Positions 7,792 to 16,282 of a stretch of 46,368 nt of DNA are shown piece by piece (within the stretch, counting starts at the first letter, position 1; every line of letters begins with the position of its first letter). Made by a program: the position numbers and the translations under genes. Under the pieces are notes generated by a model, which saw nothing but the letters and a program-made list of their open reading frames with translations, had not been told where the DNA came from and made no database searches. The stretch spans positions 1 through 46,368 of the forward strand of contig DATBTW010000417.1 of assembly GCA_036559055.1 (NCBI GenBank). Direction: 5' to 3'. The DNA is from Ktedonobacterales bacterium. GTDB lineage: Bacteria > Chloroflexota > Ktedonobacteria > Ktedonobacterales > JADMIN01.

Positions 7792-9197
7792 TACGAGCGG
7801 CGGTAACGCGCCTGGCCCGCGATCTCATCTTTGTTCAGGCGCTTGTTGAGATGCAGCCCTTCCAGGATGAACTCAACCGCTGCGGCCACCGACGCCGGGC
7901 TGCCATGCCCCTTTAGCTTATCGACCGCGACGCGCAGACCGCCGACGCGCGAGAGCTGCGTCACGTACTCCATCGAAGGCTGCGTGGCCGAGACCTGCAC
8001 ATTCAGCCCCTTCTCGAAGCCCGCCACGAGCTGATCGAACTCGATCACATCGAAGTGCTGGCGGAAGACGTAGCTTGTAGACTGGCGCACCAGCTTATCC
8101 ACCACCTTCTCCTCGCGCACATCGCCGACTGTATCCAGCTCGATCTTGCCCGTGGTGGAGGCCAGCACCGCCGAGAGATCGCTGATGCGCGGCACGGCCT
8201 GGCGCTCCTTCAGCCGGATGGCGCGGCGCACGGCGTTGCTCACCACATTCTCGCCATTGGAGATGCTGGTGCGCACGCTGACGCCGGAGCGCTGGCTGAT
8301 CTCGTTGCTGCGCCGCGCCTGATGCGTAATCTCGGCGATGATCTCCTTCATATACTCCGGGAAAATCACTTCGATGCCCTCAGCCTCGAAGGGGCGCATC
8401 TCCAGGTCCATGATGGCGATCTCGTGCTCGATGGTGCGCGGGTAGTGCGTGCGAATCTCGGACCCCATGCGGTCTTTCAGCGGGGTAATGATGCGCCCGC
8501 GATTCGTGTAGTCTTCGGGGTTGGCGCTGGCGACCACGAACACGTCAATCGGCAGGCGCACCTTGTAGCCGCGAATCTGCACATCGCGCTCTTCCATGAT
8601 GTTGAGCAGGCCCACCTGGATACGCTCAGCCAGGTCGGGCAGCTCGTTCATGCAGAAGATGCCGCGGTTGGTGCGCGGGATGATGCCGTAGTGGATGGTC
8701 AGCTCATCCGAGAGATAGCGTCCCTCAGCGACTTTGATTGGGTCCACCTCGCCAATCAGGTCGGCGATGCTGATGTCGGGCGTCGCCAGCTTCTCGCCGT
8801 AGCGCTGCTCGCGGGGAATCCAGTGGACAGGCGTCTCGTCGCCCTCCTCGGCGATGCGTGTGCGACACATCTTACACATCGGGTTGAATGGGTCGTCGTT
8901 GATCTCACAGCCCGCGACGATGGGAGTCTCCGCGTCGAGCAGATTCACCAGGCTGCGCGCGATACGGGTCTTGGCCTGCCCGCGCTCGCCCAGCAGCACG
9001 ATGTCCTGCCCGGAGAGAATGGCGTTCTCGATCTGCGGGATGACGCTGTCTTCGTAGCCGATAACGCCGGGAAACAGCTCATCGCCCGCACGCATCATGC
9101 GGATGAGGTTCTGGCGCATCTCGTCCTTGACGGAAAGCGCGCGATAGCCGCTCTCGCGGAGCTGACCAATCGTCGCAGGCTTGTTTGTGTGGGTCAT
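7791..9197 (-). CDS. AAA+ ATPase, ChlI/BchI (Mg-chelatase subunit I)-like
   Basis: Start moved to MTHTNKPATIGQL. Walker A is LLGERGQAKT. The NDDPFNPMCKMC segment parallels the ChlI NDPFN region. Walker B-like RGIFCMNELPDL and VVASANPED...ITPLKDRMG parallel ChlI VGSGNPEEG...LLDRFG. Confidence 0.8.
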   Translation of the reverse strand: MTHTNKPATIGQLRESGYRALSVKDEMRQNLIRMMRAGDELFPGVIGYEDSVIPQIENAILSGQDIVLLGERGQAKTRIARSLVNLLDAETPIVAGCEINDDPFNPMCKMCRTRIAEEGDETPVHWIPREQRYGEKLATPDISIADLIGEVDPIKVAEGRYLSDELTIHYGIIPRTNRGIFCMNELPDLAERIQVGLLNIMEERDVQIRGYKVRLPIDVFVVASANPEDYTNRGRIITPLKDRMGSEIRTHYPRTIEHEIAIMDLEMRPFEAEGIEVIFPEYMKEIIAEITHQARRSNEISQRSGVSVRTSISNGENVVSNAVRRAIRLKERQAVPRISDLSAVLASTTGKIELDTVGDVREEKVVDKLVRQSTSYVFRQHFDVIEFDQLVAGFEKGLNVQVSATQPSMEYVTQLSRVGGLRVAVDKLKGHGSPASVAAAVEFILEGLHLNKRLNKDEIAGQARYRRS

Positions 9198-9424
9198 AAG
9201 AGACACGAACTCCTTGGCGGTAGCTCTGCCGCGCATGCGGGATCGCGCTCGTCTGCGGCGCGTCGCTGGGGGCCAGAGGGGAGCGATGCTGTCTACAGGG
9301 ACATCGGTTGTCTGGCGCTGGCACTCTCACCACGTCCTCGATACGCAAGCATTCTATGCCGCGACCAGCGGAATCCGCAAGGCTGCCCAATGGGCCTGGT
9401 TCCAGCCCATCCTTTCGGCCAGGC

Positions 9425-9468
9425 CTTCACCCCTGTCCCTTCTCCCAGAGCCAGAGGGAGCCAGAGGG
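9425..9468. repeat. degenerate copy of the intergenic hairpin repeat (reverse orientation)
   Basis: CTTCACCCCTGTCCCTTCTCCCagagccaGAGGGAGccagaggg, in the divergent region between the ATPase and the TlpA-like gene. Confidence 0.3.
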
Positions 9469-9598
9469 TTGTCATCTGGCCAGGTGGTGGCCGTCACCAC
9501 TGCTTGCGCTGGTTGCATATGCTGTGGCAAACTATCTTGCGATGCTATGGCATGCGCTGGCAGGCAACGACGCCGCTCAGCCGAGGAGTTGAAGCGAT

Positions 9599-10198
9599 AT
9601 GGCGCTCCGGACGTCAACGCGATTCGCGCGCGTCGAGCGCAGGCTGCGTCGCGTCTCTGTGGCTGGCTGGCTGCGATCTGCCGCCATCGCCTGCGCTGCG
9701 CTGGCGGTCATCCTGCTCGTGGTGGCGCGCGCGCTGGCCCCCTCCACCGCCCAGGCGCAGGCGAACATCGGCCAGGCTGCGGCGCCGTTCAGTCTGCCCG
9801 CCGCGCAGCATGATCAGACACTGGCGCGGCCCATCCTGTTTGCGGGCCACGGCGCGCGCCCCACACTGCTCGTCTTCTTCAATACGCTCTGCGTGCATTG
9901 TGTGGCGGGCGTGCAGGCCGCCCATGCGACGGGCCTCGGCGCGTCCAGCCAGCCGCCCGTCGATGTCATCTACGTGGATACGCCCGGCGAGAACGCCGAG
10001 ATCACCGGGCAGTACATGGCGCGGCTCAACCTCGATGCGCCAGTGCTGCTAGACAAAGGCGCGCGCGTCGCCAGCCGCTACGGCGTCAGCTCCTACCCCT
10101 CGATTGTGCTCGTCGATGCGCATGGGGTCGTCCGCGCCATCTGGATCGGCGCGCCGAGCGCCAGCCAACTGCGCAGCGCCATCGCCCGTAGCCAGTAG
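9599..10198 (+). CDS. TlpA/redoxin-family thiol-disulfide oxidoreductase, membrane anchored
   Basis: 199 aa. N-terminal hydrophobic anchor (AAIACAALAVILLVVA) and a thioredoxin-fold CxxC in LLVFFNTLCVHCVAG. Confidence 0.7.
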   Translation: MALRTSTRFARVERRLRRVSVAGWLRSAAIACAALAVILLVVARALAPSTAQAQANIGQAAAPFSLPAAQHDQTLARPILFAGHGARPTLLVFFNTLCVHCVAGVQAAHATGLGASSQPPVDVIYVDTPGENAEITGQYMARLNLDAPVLLDKGARVASRYGVSSYPSIVLVDAHGVVRAIWIGAPSASQLRSAIARSQ

Positions 10199-10258
10199 AT
10201 CATCCCACGCTCGTTCCGACCGCCAGTCAGCGCTGTCATTTCAACCAGGAGCAAGCCA

Positions 10259-10753
10259 GTGACGGATGCCTCAGCGAACTATCCAGCCATGATGTCCGAA
10301 GACGAGCGCGCCGTGCGAGCGCTCTACACCGATCTGCTGCGCTGCTGGAACAGCGAGGATGCCGCAGGGTTCGCCTCGCTCTTTGTCGCGGACGGCTCGA
10401 TCATCATCTACGATGGCACACTGCTCAGCGGGCGAGCGGAGATCGCGGCGCAGTTTGGAACCATCTTCAAACGCTTCGATACGCCCACATTCGTGCAGAT
10501 CGTGCGGCAGGTGCGCCTCATCAGCCATGACATGGCCATCCTGTATGGAGCCGTCGGCATGTACTCGCTGCCCGAACTGCTCATCAATCCGACGCTGAAT
10601 GCTGTGCAGACCCTGCTGGCGCAGCGTCGCGATGGCGGCTGGGGCATTGTGCACTTCCAGAACACGCGCGCCGACTTCCCCGGTCGGCCCGATCTGGTCG
10701 CCGCGATGACCAGGGCATTGCAGCGCGAGGCCGACGCGCACATCCGCCGATGA
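10259..10753 (+). CDS. SgcJ/EcaC-family (NTF2-like, DUF4440-type) protein, copy 1
   Basis: 164 aa. GTG start 7 nt after AGGAG. ERAVRALY..LL..WN..DA..FA..F..DG pattern typical of SgcJ/EcaC NTF2-like proteins. Confidence 0.65.
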   Translation: MTDASANYPAMMSEDERAVRALYTDLLRCWNSEDAAGFASLFVADGSIIIYDGTLLSGRAEIAAQFGTIFKRFDTPTFVQIVRQVRLISHDMAILYGAVGMYSLPELLINPTLNAVQTLLAQRRDGGWGIVHFQNTRADFPGRPDLVAAMTRALQREADAHIRR

Positions 10754-10789
10754 GCGGATGAGCACAGGAAATCAAGCGGGAGCAAGCCA

Positions 10790-11290
10790 GTGACGGATTC
10801 CCCAGCGAACGAGCCAGCCACGATGTCCGACGACGAGCGCGCCGTGCGTGCGCTGTACAGCGCGCTGCTACACGCATGGAACGAACGCGACGCCGAGGCG
10901 TTCGCCGCGCAGTTTCTGTCGGAAGGCTCCATGATCGGCTACGATGGCTCCATCGTGGATGGGCAGGCCGAGATTGCACAGCACATCGGCGACGTCTTTC
11001 GCCATCACCAGACGCCCCTCTACATCGCGCGTGTCAAGCGGGTGCGCTTTCTGACGCCGGACAGCGCCATCGTGCGCGGCCATGTGGGCATGCCCATGGC
11101 GCCGACGCTGGTCATCAATCCCGCGCTGAACGCCATCCAGTCGTTGGTGGCGCAGCGGGTGGATGGCGCCTGGCACGTCGCGCTCTTCCAGAATACGCCC
11201 GCGCAGTTCCACGGCAGGCCCGATCTGGTCGCCGCGATGACCGAGGAGCTACAGCGCGCGCTCGACGAGCAGGGCGCTGATGGACGCTAA
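10790..11290 (+). CDS. SgcJ/EcaC-family (NTF2-like) protein, copy 2 (tandem paralogue)
   Basis: 166 aa, about 50 percent identical to copy 1. Same leader ggagcaagccaGTGacggat. Confidence 0.65.
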   Translation: MTDSPANEPATMSDDERAVRALYSALLHAWNERDAEAFAAQFLSEGSMIGYDGSIVDGQAEIAQHIGDVFRHHQTPLYIARVKRVRFLTPDSAIVRGHVGMPMAPTLVINPALNAIQSLVAQRVDGAWHVALFQNTPAQFHGRPDLVAAMTEELQRALDEQGADGR

Positions 11291-11348
11291 CGGAGTGGGT
11301 AGGCGCTGGCAGGCGCAGGTATCTTTCCGCCAGCGCCATCACGCTCGA

Positions 11349-11831
11349 TCAGTGACGCGCGGACATCTCCATGCGCGGGGTGAGATTGCGGTCGAAGGCC
11401 GAGGCGTCGGCGCCGCAGCTCTCGCAGAACGTCGGCTGGCGGCCCGCCTGCTCGGCTCCGCACACGCCGCACGCCCAGCGGCTCGCCATCAGCCGCACGA
11501 TGTCGGCGCGGCTGACCACGCCAACGACCCGCTCGCCACGCACGATGGGTAGCCGCTTGTAGCGGTTGCTGGTCAGGATCTGGGCGATGCTCTCGACGGG
11601 GGTGTCTTCTGCCGCGCTGGTGACACGCTGCGTCATGATGTCCGCGACGGTCTTGCCTTCCTTGCCGAGCAGGTCGGCTTCGGTGACGAGGCCGATCATC
11701 TGCCCGGCGTCATCCACCACGGGCGCGCCGCTGATGTTGTACTCTGAGAGCAGGCGCGCCGCATCGTGGATGCTCGCGCCGGGGCCAATCGTGATCACGT
11801 CGTGGGTCATAATGTCGCGTGCGCGCATCAT
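11349..11831 (-). CDS. CBS-pair domain protein with C-terminal zinc ribbon
   Basis: Start moved to MMRARDIMTHDVITI (GAAGGAGG Shine-Dalgarno 6 nt upstream). Two CBS motifs and a C-terminal CGVCGAEQAGRQPTFCESCG. Confidence 0.8.
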   Translation of the reverse strand: MMRARDIMTHDVITIGPGASIHDAARLLSEYNISGAPVVDDAGQMIGLVTEADLLGKEGKTVADIMTQRVTSAAEDTPVESIAQILTSNRYKRLPIVRGERVVGVVSRADIVRLMASRWACGVCGAEQAGRQPTFCESCGADASAFDRNLTPRMEMSARH

Positions 11832-11880
11832 GGGGTCTCCTCCTTCATCGAGGCTGGTCGTCCGACATTGGGCGGAGTGA

Positions 11881-11918
11881 GCGCCGTCTCCGTTGACCGC
11901 GCCCGCCTGAGACGGCGC
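11881..11918. other. perfect 10-bp stem hairpin (GCGCCGTCTC-18 nt-GAGACGGCGC)
   Basis: Inverted repeat seen directly in the divergent CBS / queuosine-salvage intergenic region. Function unknown. Confidence 0.4.
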
Positions 11919-12095
11919 CCGGTCGCCGCGCATCTCGTAAGAGCTACGCCGACGCGACCCGAAGCGGGCGTCTTGTGCCCACCAGTGTACCGCACGGCGC
12001 GCGCCACTGCCGACACTCGCGTGCGCAAACGCGCGTATCGTCGCGCCCCTACGCACATTGGATGGGTACGGATGACCGCCGCGAAGGAGCATCAG

Positions 12096-13157
12096 ATGGC
12101 CGACACCAGCGACCCGCCACCCCCCGCCCACGACAGCCCTGCCGACGACTGGCGCGCGGCGCTGACGCCGCCCCGAGGTGATCGCCTGGGCGCGCTGACG
12201 GCCACGGCTCGCGTGCTGCGTGGCGCGCGGCTCGTCAGCCTCGATCTAGCGGCCATCGAGCGGCTGGCGCGCGACTGGGCGGCCAATCCCTGGCCTGCCT
12301 CCATCGCGACGCTGGCCACACTGCACCAGCCCGGCTCCCCGGAGCGCGCCCCAAACTGGACACTGCTGCTCGACGTGCTCAATTTCTGCTTCTGGGGCGA
12401 GCCAGACAGGCCGCGCTGGCGTGTGGAGTGGCGCGGCGACTCGCACGACGGCTACGATGCGCTGGCGGCGGCGCTCTCGCGCGCGGTGGAAGACGACCTG
12501 CCCGTCTGGGACGCCGATTGGCTGGCTGATCTGGAGGCCGAGACGCTGGAGCAGGTGTTGCGTCCCGGCGCAGGCGCCCCGATGATCCCGCTCTTCGCCG
12601 AGCGGCTGACCAATGCGCGCGAAGTCGGGCGCATCCTGCGCGACCGCTACGATGGCCGATTCGCCAATGTCGTAGAGGACGCCGAGTATGACGCTGCGAC
12701 GCTGGCGCTGGCGCTGGAGCGCGAGTTCTCGTCCTTCGCCGATGTGGCGATGTGGGAGGGCCAGCCCGTGCCATTCCTCAAGCGCGCGCAGATTTGCGTC
12801 GCTGACCTGCGCGCCATCATGGGCGGCGCAGGCGTCGGCGCCATTCGTGGCATGGAGCGGCTGACTGCCTTCGCCGACTACAAGCTGCCGCAGCTGTTGC
12901 GGCGCTTCGGCGCCCTCGTGTACACGCCAGAGCTGGCCGCCACGGTCGATAGCTACACGCTGATCGCGGCGGGGTCGGCGCCTGAGGTCGAGATTCGCGC
13001 CGCGACGCTATGGGCGGTGGAGCTGCTGCGCCGCGCACTGGAGCGGCACGGCGCGCAACGCAGCGCCGCCGAGATCGACTATCGCCTCTGGAGCGCAAGC
13101 CAGACCAAAACGCCCGATGAGCGCCCCTACCACCGCACTCGCACAATCTATTATTGA
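12096..13157 (+). CDS. queuosine salvage family protein (DUF2419 / Qng1-like)
   Basis: Start moved to MADTSDPPP (GAAGGAG upstream). LLLDVLNFCFWG and FADYKLPQLLRRFG are conserved DUF2419 blocks. Confidence 0.7.
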   Translation: MADTSDPPPPAHDSPADDWRAALTPPRGDRLGALTATARVLRGARLVSLDLAAIERLARDWAANPWPASIATLATLHQPGSPERAPNWTLLLDVLNFCFWGEPDRPRWRVEWRGDSHDGYDALAAALSRAVEDDLPVWDADWLADLEAETLEQVLRPGAGAPMIPLFAERLTNAREVGRILRDRYDGRFANVVEDAEYDAATLALALEREFSSFADVAMWEGQPVPFLKRAQICVADLRAIMGGAGVGAIRGMERLTAFADYKLPQLLRRFGALVYTPELAATVDSYTLIAAGSAPEVEIRAATLWAVELLRRALERHGAQRSAAEIDYRLWSASQTKTPDERPYHRTRTIYY

Positions 13158-13268
13158 CAGAGTGAACGTCGCGGATGGCGCGGCGGTTTCAACTGCCAGG
13201 GGCTTCCGCCGCCGACGCGCACACTGGGAATATGCGGCTGACAGGGCCTGAGCCCTGGAGAAAGGGAC

Positions 13269-14588
13269 GTGCGAGCGATGCGAGCGACCTTCGTACACAC
13301 GGCGGATAACCACCTCGGCTACGAGCAGTACGGCTCGCGCGAGCGCTTCGACGACTTCGCAAAGGCGTTTATGGAGGTGGTGGATGCCGCCATCGCCCGC
13401 CACGCCGATTTCTTCATCATCTCTGGCGACCTCTTTAACAAACGTTCTATTGATGCGCAGACGCTGATCCAGGCGCGCGAGGCGCTGCAACGGCTGGCCG
13501 ACGCGGGCATCACGGCCATCGGCATCGAGGGCAACCACGACCGCAGCTATTACCGCGATGGCGTCTCGTGGCTCCAGTTCCTCGCCTATCTGGGCGTGCT
13601 GAAACTACTCAGCCCCATCGTGAGCGAAGGCGTGCCCGCTCTGACAGAATGGTCGCCCACTTCTCAGCTGGGCCTCTATGTGCCGCTGATGGATGGCCGC
13701 ATCCGCGTCTACGGGCTGCCGTGGTATGGCGCCAGCACCGCGAAGGTGATGCGCGGCCTGGCCGAGACGCTGACGGCGGCGCGCGCCGAGGAGGACGCGG
13801 CGGGCGTCGAATTTCGCGTGCTGCTGATGCACACAGGCGTCGAGGGCATCCTGCCGCAGCTCCAGGGGCTGCCGACGCGCGCCGACTTCGAGCCACTGCG
13901 CGGGCTGGTGGACTACGTGGCGCTGGGACACGTCCACAAGCCCTATGAGATCGACAACTGGCTCTTCAATCCCGGCTCGACGGAGACGTGGGGGGCCGAG
14001 GAGAGCGCCTGGGACCGCGGCTACTACGTGACGCAGGTGGATACCGCTGTGGCGGAGGGCGAGCCAAAGCATCACGCCGAGCACATTAGCAATCCGCGCC
14101 GCCCCTTCGTGCGCTACAGCTTCAAGGTCGATGGCCTGAACGATCCCGCCGCCTTCTACGAGCATTTCGAGCGACTGACGCGCCAGCAGGCCCGCGAGCA
14201 TGCCGACACGCTGCAGCGCAAGGCGGTGGTGGATGTCGCGCTCACCGGCGTCTTCGCCTTCGACGGCTCGGCCATCGAGCGGGCGCGGCTAGAGGAGATC
14301 GTCAAAGAGCAGTTTCATCCGCTGATCGCGCGCATCCACGACTCCGCTCGCTCGAATGCCTACGAGCTGGATGGCCCGGATGGCGACGACGACCGCGCCG
14401 ACCGGCAGGCGCTGGAGCTGCGCGTCTTCGAGGATCTGCTGGCGCGAGACGCGCGCTATCAGCCGCACGCCAGCGAGTGGGCCAGCGCGCTCTCCGCCAT
14501 GAAGCGCATGGCGCTGGACGGCGAGCGACCCGAGCAGATCGCGCAGGCGCTGCGCGATGCCCGCGCCCGCCTGCTGAAACAGGGCTGA
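13269..14588 (+). CDS. Mre11/SbcD-type metallophosphoesterase (DNA repair exonuclease)
   Basis: FVHTADNHLG, ISGDLFN, GIEGNHD, LLMHTGV and ALGHVHK are the calcineurin-like nuclease motifs I-V. Alternative start at ATG 13278. Confidence 0.8.
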   Translation: MRAMRATFVHTADNHLGYEQYGSRERFDDFAKAFMEVVDAAIARHADFFIISGDLFNKRSIDAQTLIQAREALQRLADAGITAIGIEGNHDRSYYRDGVSWLQFLAYLGVLKLLSPIVSEGVPALTEWSPTSQLGLYVPLMDGRIRVYGLPWYGASTAKVMRGLAETLTAARAEEDAAGVEFRVLLMHTGVEGILPQLQGLPTRADFEPLRGLVDYVALGHVHKPYEIDNWLFNPGSTETWGAEESAWDRGYYVTQVDTAVAEGEPKHHAEHISNPRRPFVRYSFKVDGLNDPAAFYEHFERLTRQQAREHADTLQRKAVVDVALTGVFAFDGSAIERARLEEIVKEQFHPLIARIHDSARSNAYELDGPDGDDDRADRQALELRVFEDLLARDARYQPHASEWASALSAMKRMALDGERPEQIAQALRDARARLLKQG

Positions 14589-14628
14589 AGTGTCGCGTGT
14601 CATCTATCAGCGGAGCCAAAAAGGGGAG

Positions 14629-15102
14629 ATGAGCATGCCGGACGAGACGCTGGCGGCGCTAGCGAAAAAGCTGCGCCTGACCGCCGAGACACGCCTGCTG
14701 GCGCTGGACGCGCCCGACGAGTACCTGGCGTCGCTGCATCAGTCCGGGGTGGTCGCGTCGCTGGCCACGGCGGCGCAGGCAGGCGCGACCTATGACGCCG
14801 TCCACCTCTTCGCGCGCGATCAGGCGCAGGCGCGCCAGGCGCTACCCAGCGCCGCCGCTGCGCTGCGCGCGGGCGGCGTGCTGTGGGTGATGTGGCCGAA
14901 GCAATCGGCGCGCGTGGCGACCAACCTGACACGCGATAGTCTCGCCGCGCTGGCGCTCACGCTGGGCTGGGGGCCTGTCAGCAATGTCTCGATTGACGCG
15001 ACGTGGTCGGCGCTGCGGCTGCGCCCGGAGGCCGACGTGAAACGCACTGGTTCCTCCTGGCCGCCCGCCGCACAGGAGTCCTCGCAGGAGTCCTCGCGGT
15101 AG
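14629..15102 (+). CDS. DUF3052-like hypothetical protein
   Basis: Start moved to MSMPDETL (GGGGAG upstream). The pattern YDAVHLF..., GGVLWVMWPKQ..., and GWGPVSNVSIDATWSALRLRP matches my memory of DUF3052. Not verified. Confidence 0.5.
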   Translation: MSMPDETLAALAKKLRLTAETRLLALDAPDEYLASLHQSGVVASLATAAQAGATYDAVHLFARDQAQARQALPSAAAALRAGGVLWVMWPKQSARVATNLTRDSLAALALTLGWGPVSNVSIDATWSALRLRPEADVKRTGSSWPPAAQESSQESSR

Positions 15103-15212
15103 CCATTGCAGTGTGCGTGGCGGCTCAACAGTGGTACGTTGCATCTAAGCGCGCGGCTGGTCGTGGCCACGCGCATTGCACGTCTATCACCCGCAGAGAA
15201 GAGCGACACGCG

Positions 15213-15391
15213 ATGCTGCGAACGGTCTTGAACGGCAAGGTTCACCGAGCGACTGTCACCGGAGCCAACCTGGACTACATCGGCTCCATTACCCGCCCAT
15301 TGATGCCACGTCAGATGGCACGCTCCCGCTGGCGCCGGGTAGCGTGCCATACGTCCTAGGGCAGACACCCCACCCGCGCCGCGTTGTTTGA
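15213..15391 (+). pseudogene. panD: aspartate 1-decarboxylase (panD) remnant, frameshifted and truncated
   Basis: MLRTVLNGKVHRATVTGANLDYIG|SIT matches the PanD N-terminus, including the Gly24-Ser25 self-cleavage site. After T27 the frame collapses. An IDA.. continuation is visible in the +1 frame. Both frames stop by 15391, and about 90 aa of PanD are missing. Confidence 0.6.
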
Positions 15392-15487
15392 CCGACACTC
15401 CCCGCGCGCTTCATACTGGTATTGGCGCTTGCTTCGCTTGTGTGCAGGTCGCCTATCGATCATGGTAGCTCAACGCGGGAGGCAGTC

Positions 15488-16030
15488 ATGGCATACTCTG
15501 CTCAGCCACGCACGAAGGATCACTGGTCCATGCGCCTGCATGTCAAGCGACCCGGCGCCATGCGCCCGTCGGCGCTGGTGGTCGCCGCCATCCAGACCGT
15601 GCTACTCTTGCTGACGACATCCTCGCTGGGGGCGAATGGCGGCCTCTATGGTTGCACCAGCGCCTGCGGTACCTCCGCTCTCCCAGTGACGCCGCTGATC
15701 GCCGTCATCCTCGGCGCGGCGATGCTGGTGGCCCCGCTGGTTATCGGCGCGCTCTGCGACGACTGGCAGCTCGGCGTCGCCTTCGCCGTGCTCCCCATCT
15801 TCCCGGCGCTCATCTTCACCAGCAACGCGCTGCTCACGCCCACCAACACCATCGTCCCGCCGACGCCCGCCACGGCCACGCAGCCAGCCGTTCCCTACCC
15901 CACCAGCCACTTCAGCGCGCCCTTCTGGCTGGATCCAGCGCATCTGCCCACGTTACTCTTCGCGCTGGCGCTCTTCGCGCTGCTCGGCTGGCTCGGCTGG
16001 GTGATTGGCTCGGCCTTCCGCGGCAATTGA
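15488..16030 (+). CDS. hypothetical integral membrane protein
   Basis: Start moved to MAYSAQPRT (GGGAGG upstream). About 4 predicted hydrophobic helices. No recognisable family. Confidence 0.5.
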   Translation: MAYSAQPRTKDHWSMRLHVKRPGAMRPSALVVAAIQTVLLLLTTSSLGANGGLYGCTSACGTSALPVTPLIAVILGAAMLVAPLVIGALCDDWQLGVAFAVLPIFPALIFTSNALLTPTNTIVPPTPATATQPAVPYPTSHFSAPFWLDPAHLPTLLFALALFALLGWLGWVIGSAFRGN

Positions 16031-16104
16031 TCCGCGCAGGTCACAGTGGAGCACAGTCAATCACTCGGAGAAGAGGTGTAGTGAAGGGGATGCGAGAAGC
16101 TTGT

Positions 16105-16179
16105 TGGTGGGCGGCGAGGGATTTGAACCCCCGACCTTTTGCGTGTAAAGCAATTGCTCTGCCGCTGAGCTAGCCGCCC
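16105..16179 (-). tRNA. tRNA-Val (anticodon TAC), CCA encoded
   Basis: Manual cloverleaf: GGGCGGC/GCCGCCC acceptor, GCTC/GAGC D stem, anticodon loop TTTACAC, TTCAAAT T loop. 75 nt. Confidence 0.9.
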
Positions 16180-16282
16180 GCTATCGTCTGGAACCTCTGG
16201 AAAACACCACGACGCGCTGGGGCGCGCATCGGGCCAGCCCTGCTGGTGAGCGCCTCAGCGCGTCGCTTGTCCAGGCGTCCAG

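Noticed and set aside
8055-10052. 665-aa plus-strand ORF, the longest unannotated ORF in this part of the track
   Set aside because: It is the antisense shadow of the ChlI-like ATPase gene. It then runs through the intergenic region and into the TlpA-like gene in a different frame. Its composition is Arg/Ala/His/Leu-rich with no motifs, which is typical of open frames in GC-rich DNA.
11832-12095. preQ1-type riboswitch upstream of the queuosine salvage gene
   Set aside because: I looked for the compact P1 stem plus the A-rich tail typical of preQ1-I and found neither. Only a generic 10-bp hairpin is present.
11349-13157. ORF-track extents 11349-12131 (minus) and 11766-13157 (plus), which overlap each other by 366 bp
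   Set aside because: Both N-terminal extensions are Arg/Gly-rich and lack ribosome-binding sites. Internal starts with strong Shine-Dalgarno sequences (11831 and 12096) remove the overlap and match the family N-termini.
15003-15359. 118-aa ORF taken at face value as a gene
   Set aside because: Only its last 49 codons are meaningful (27 PanD-like codons plus a frameshifted tail). The upstream 70 codons overlap the end of the DUF3052-like gene region and have no support. I re-interpreted it as a pseudogene.
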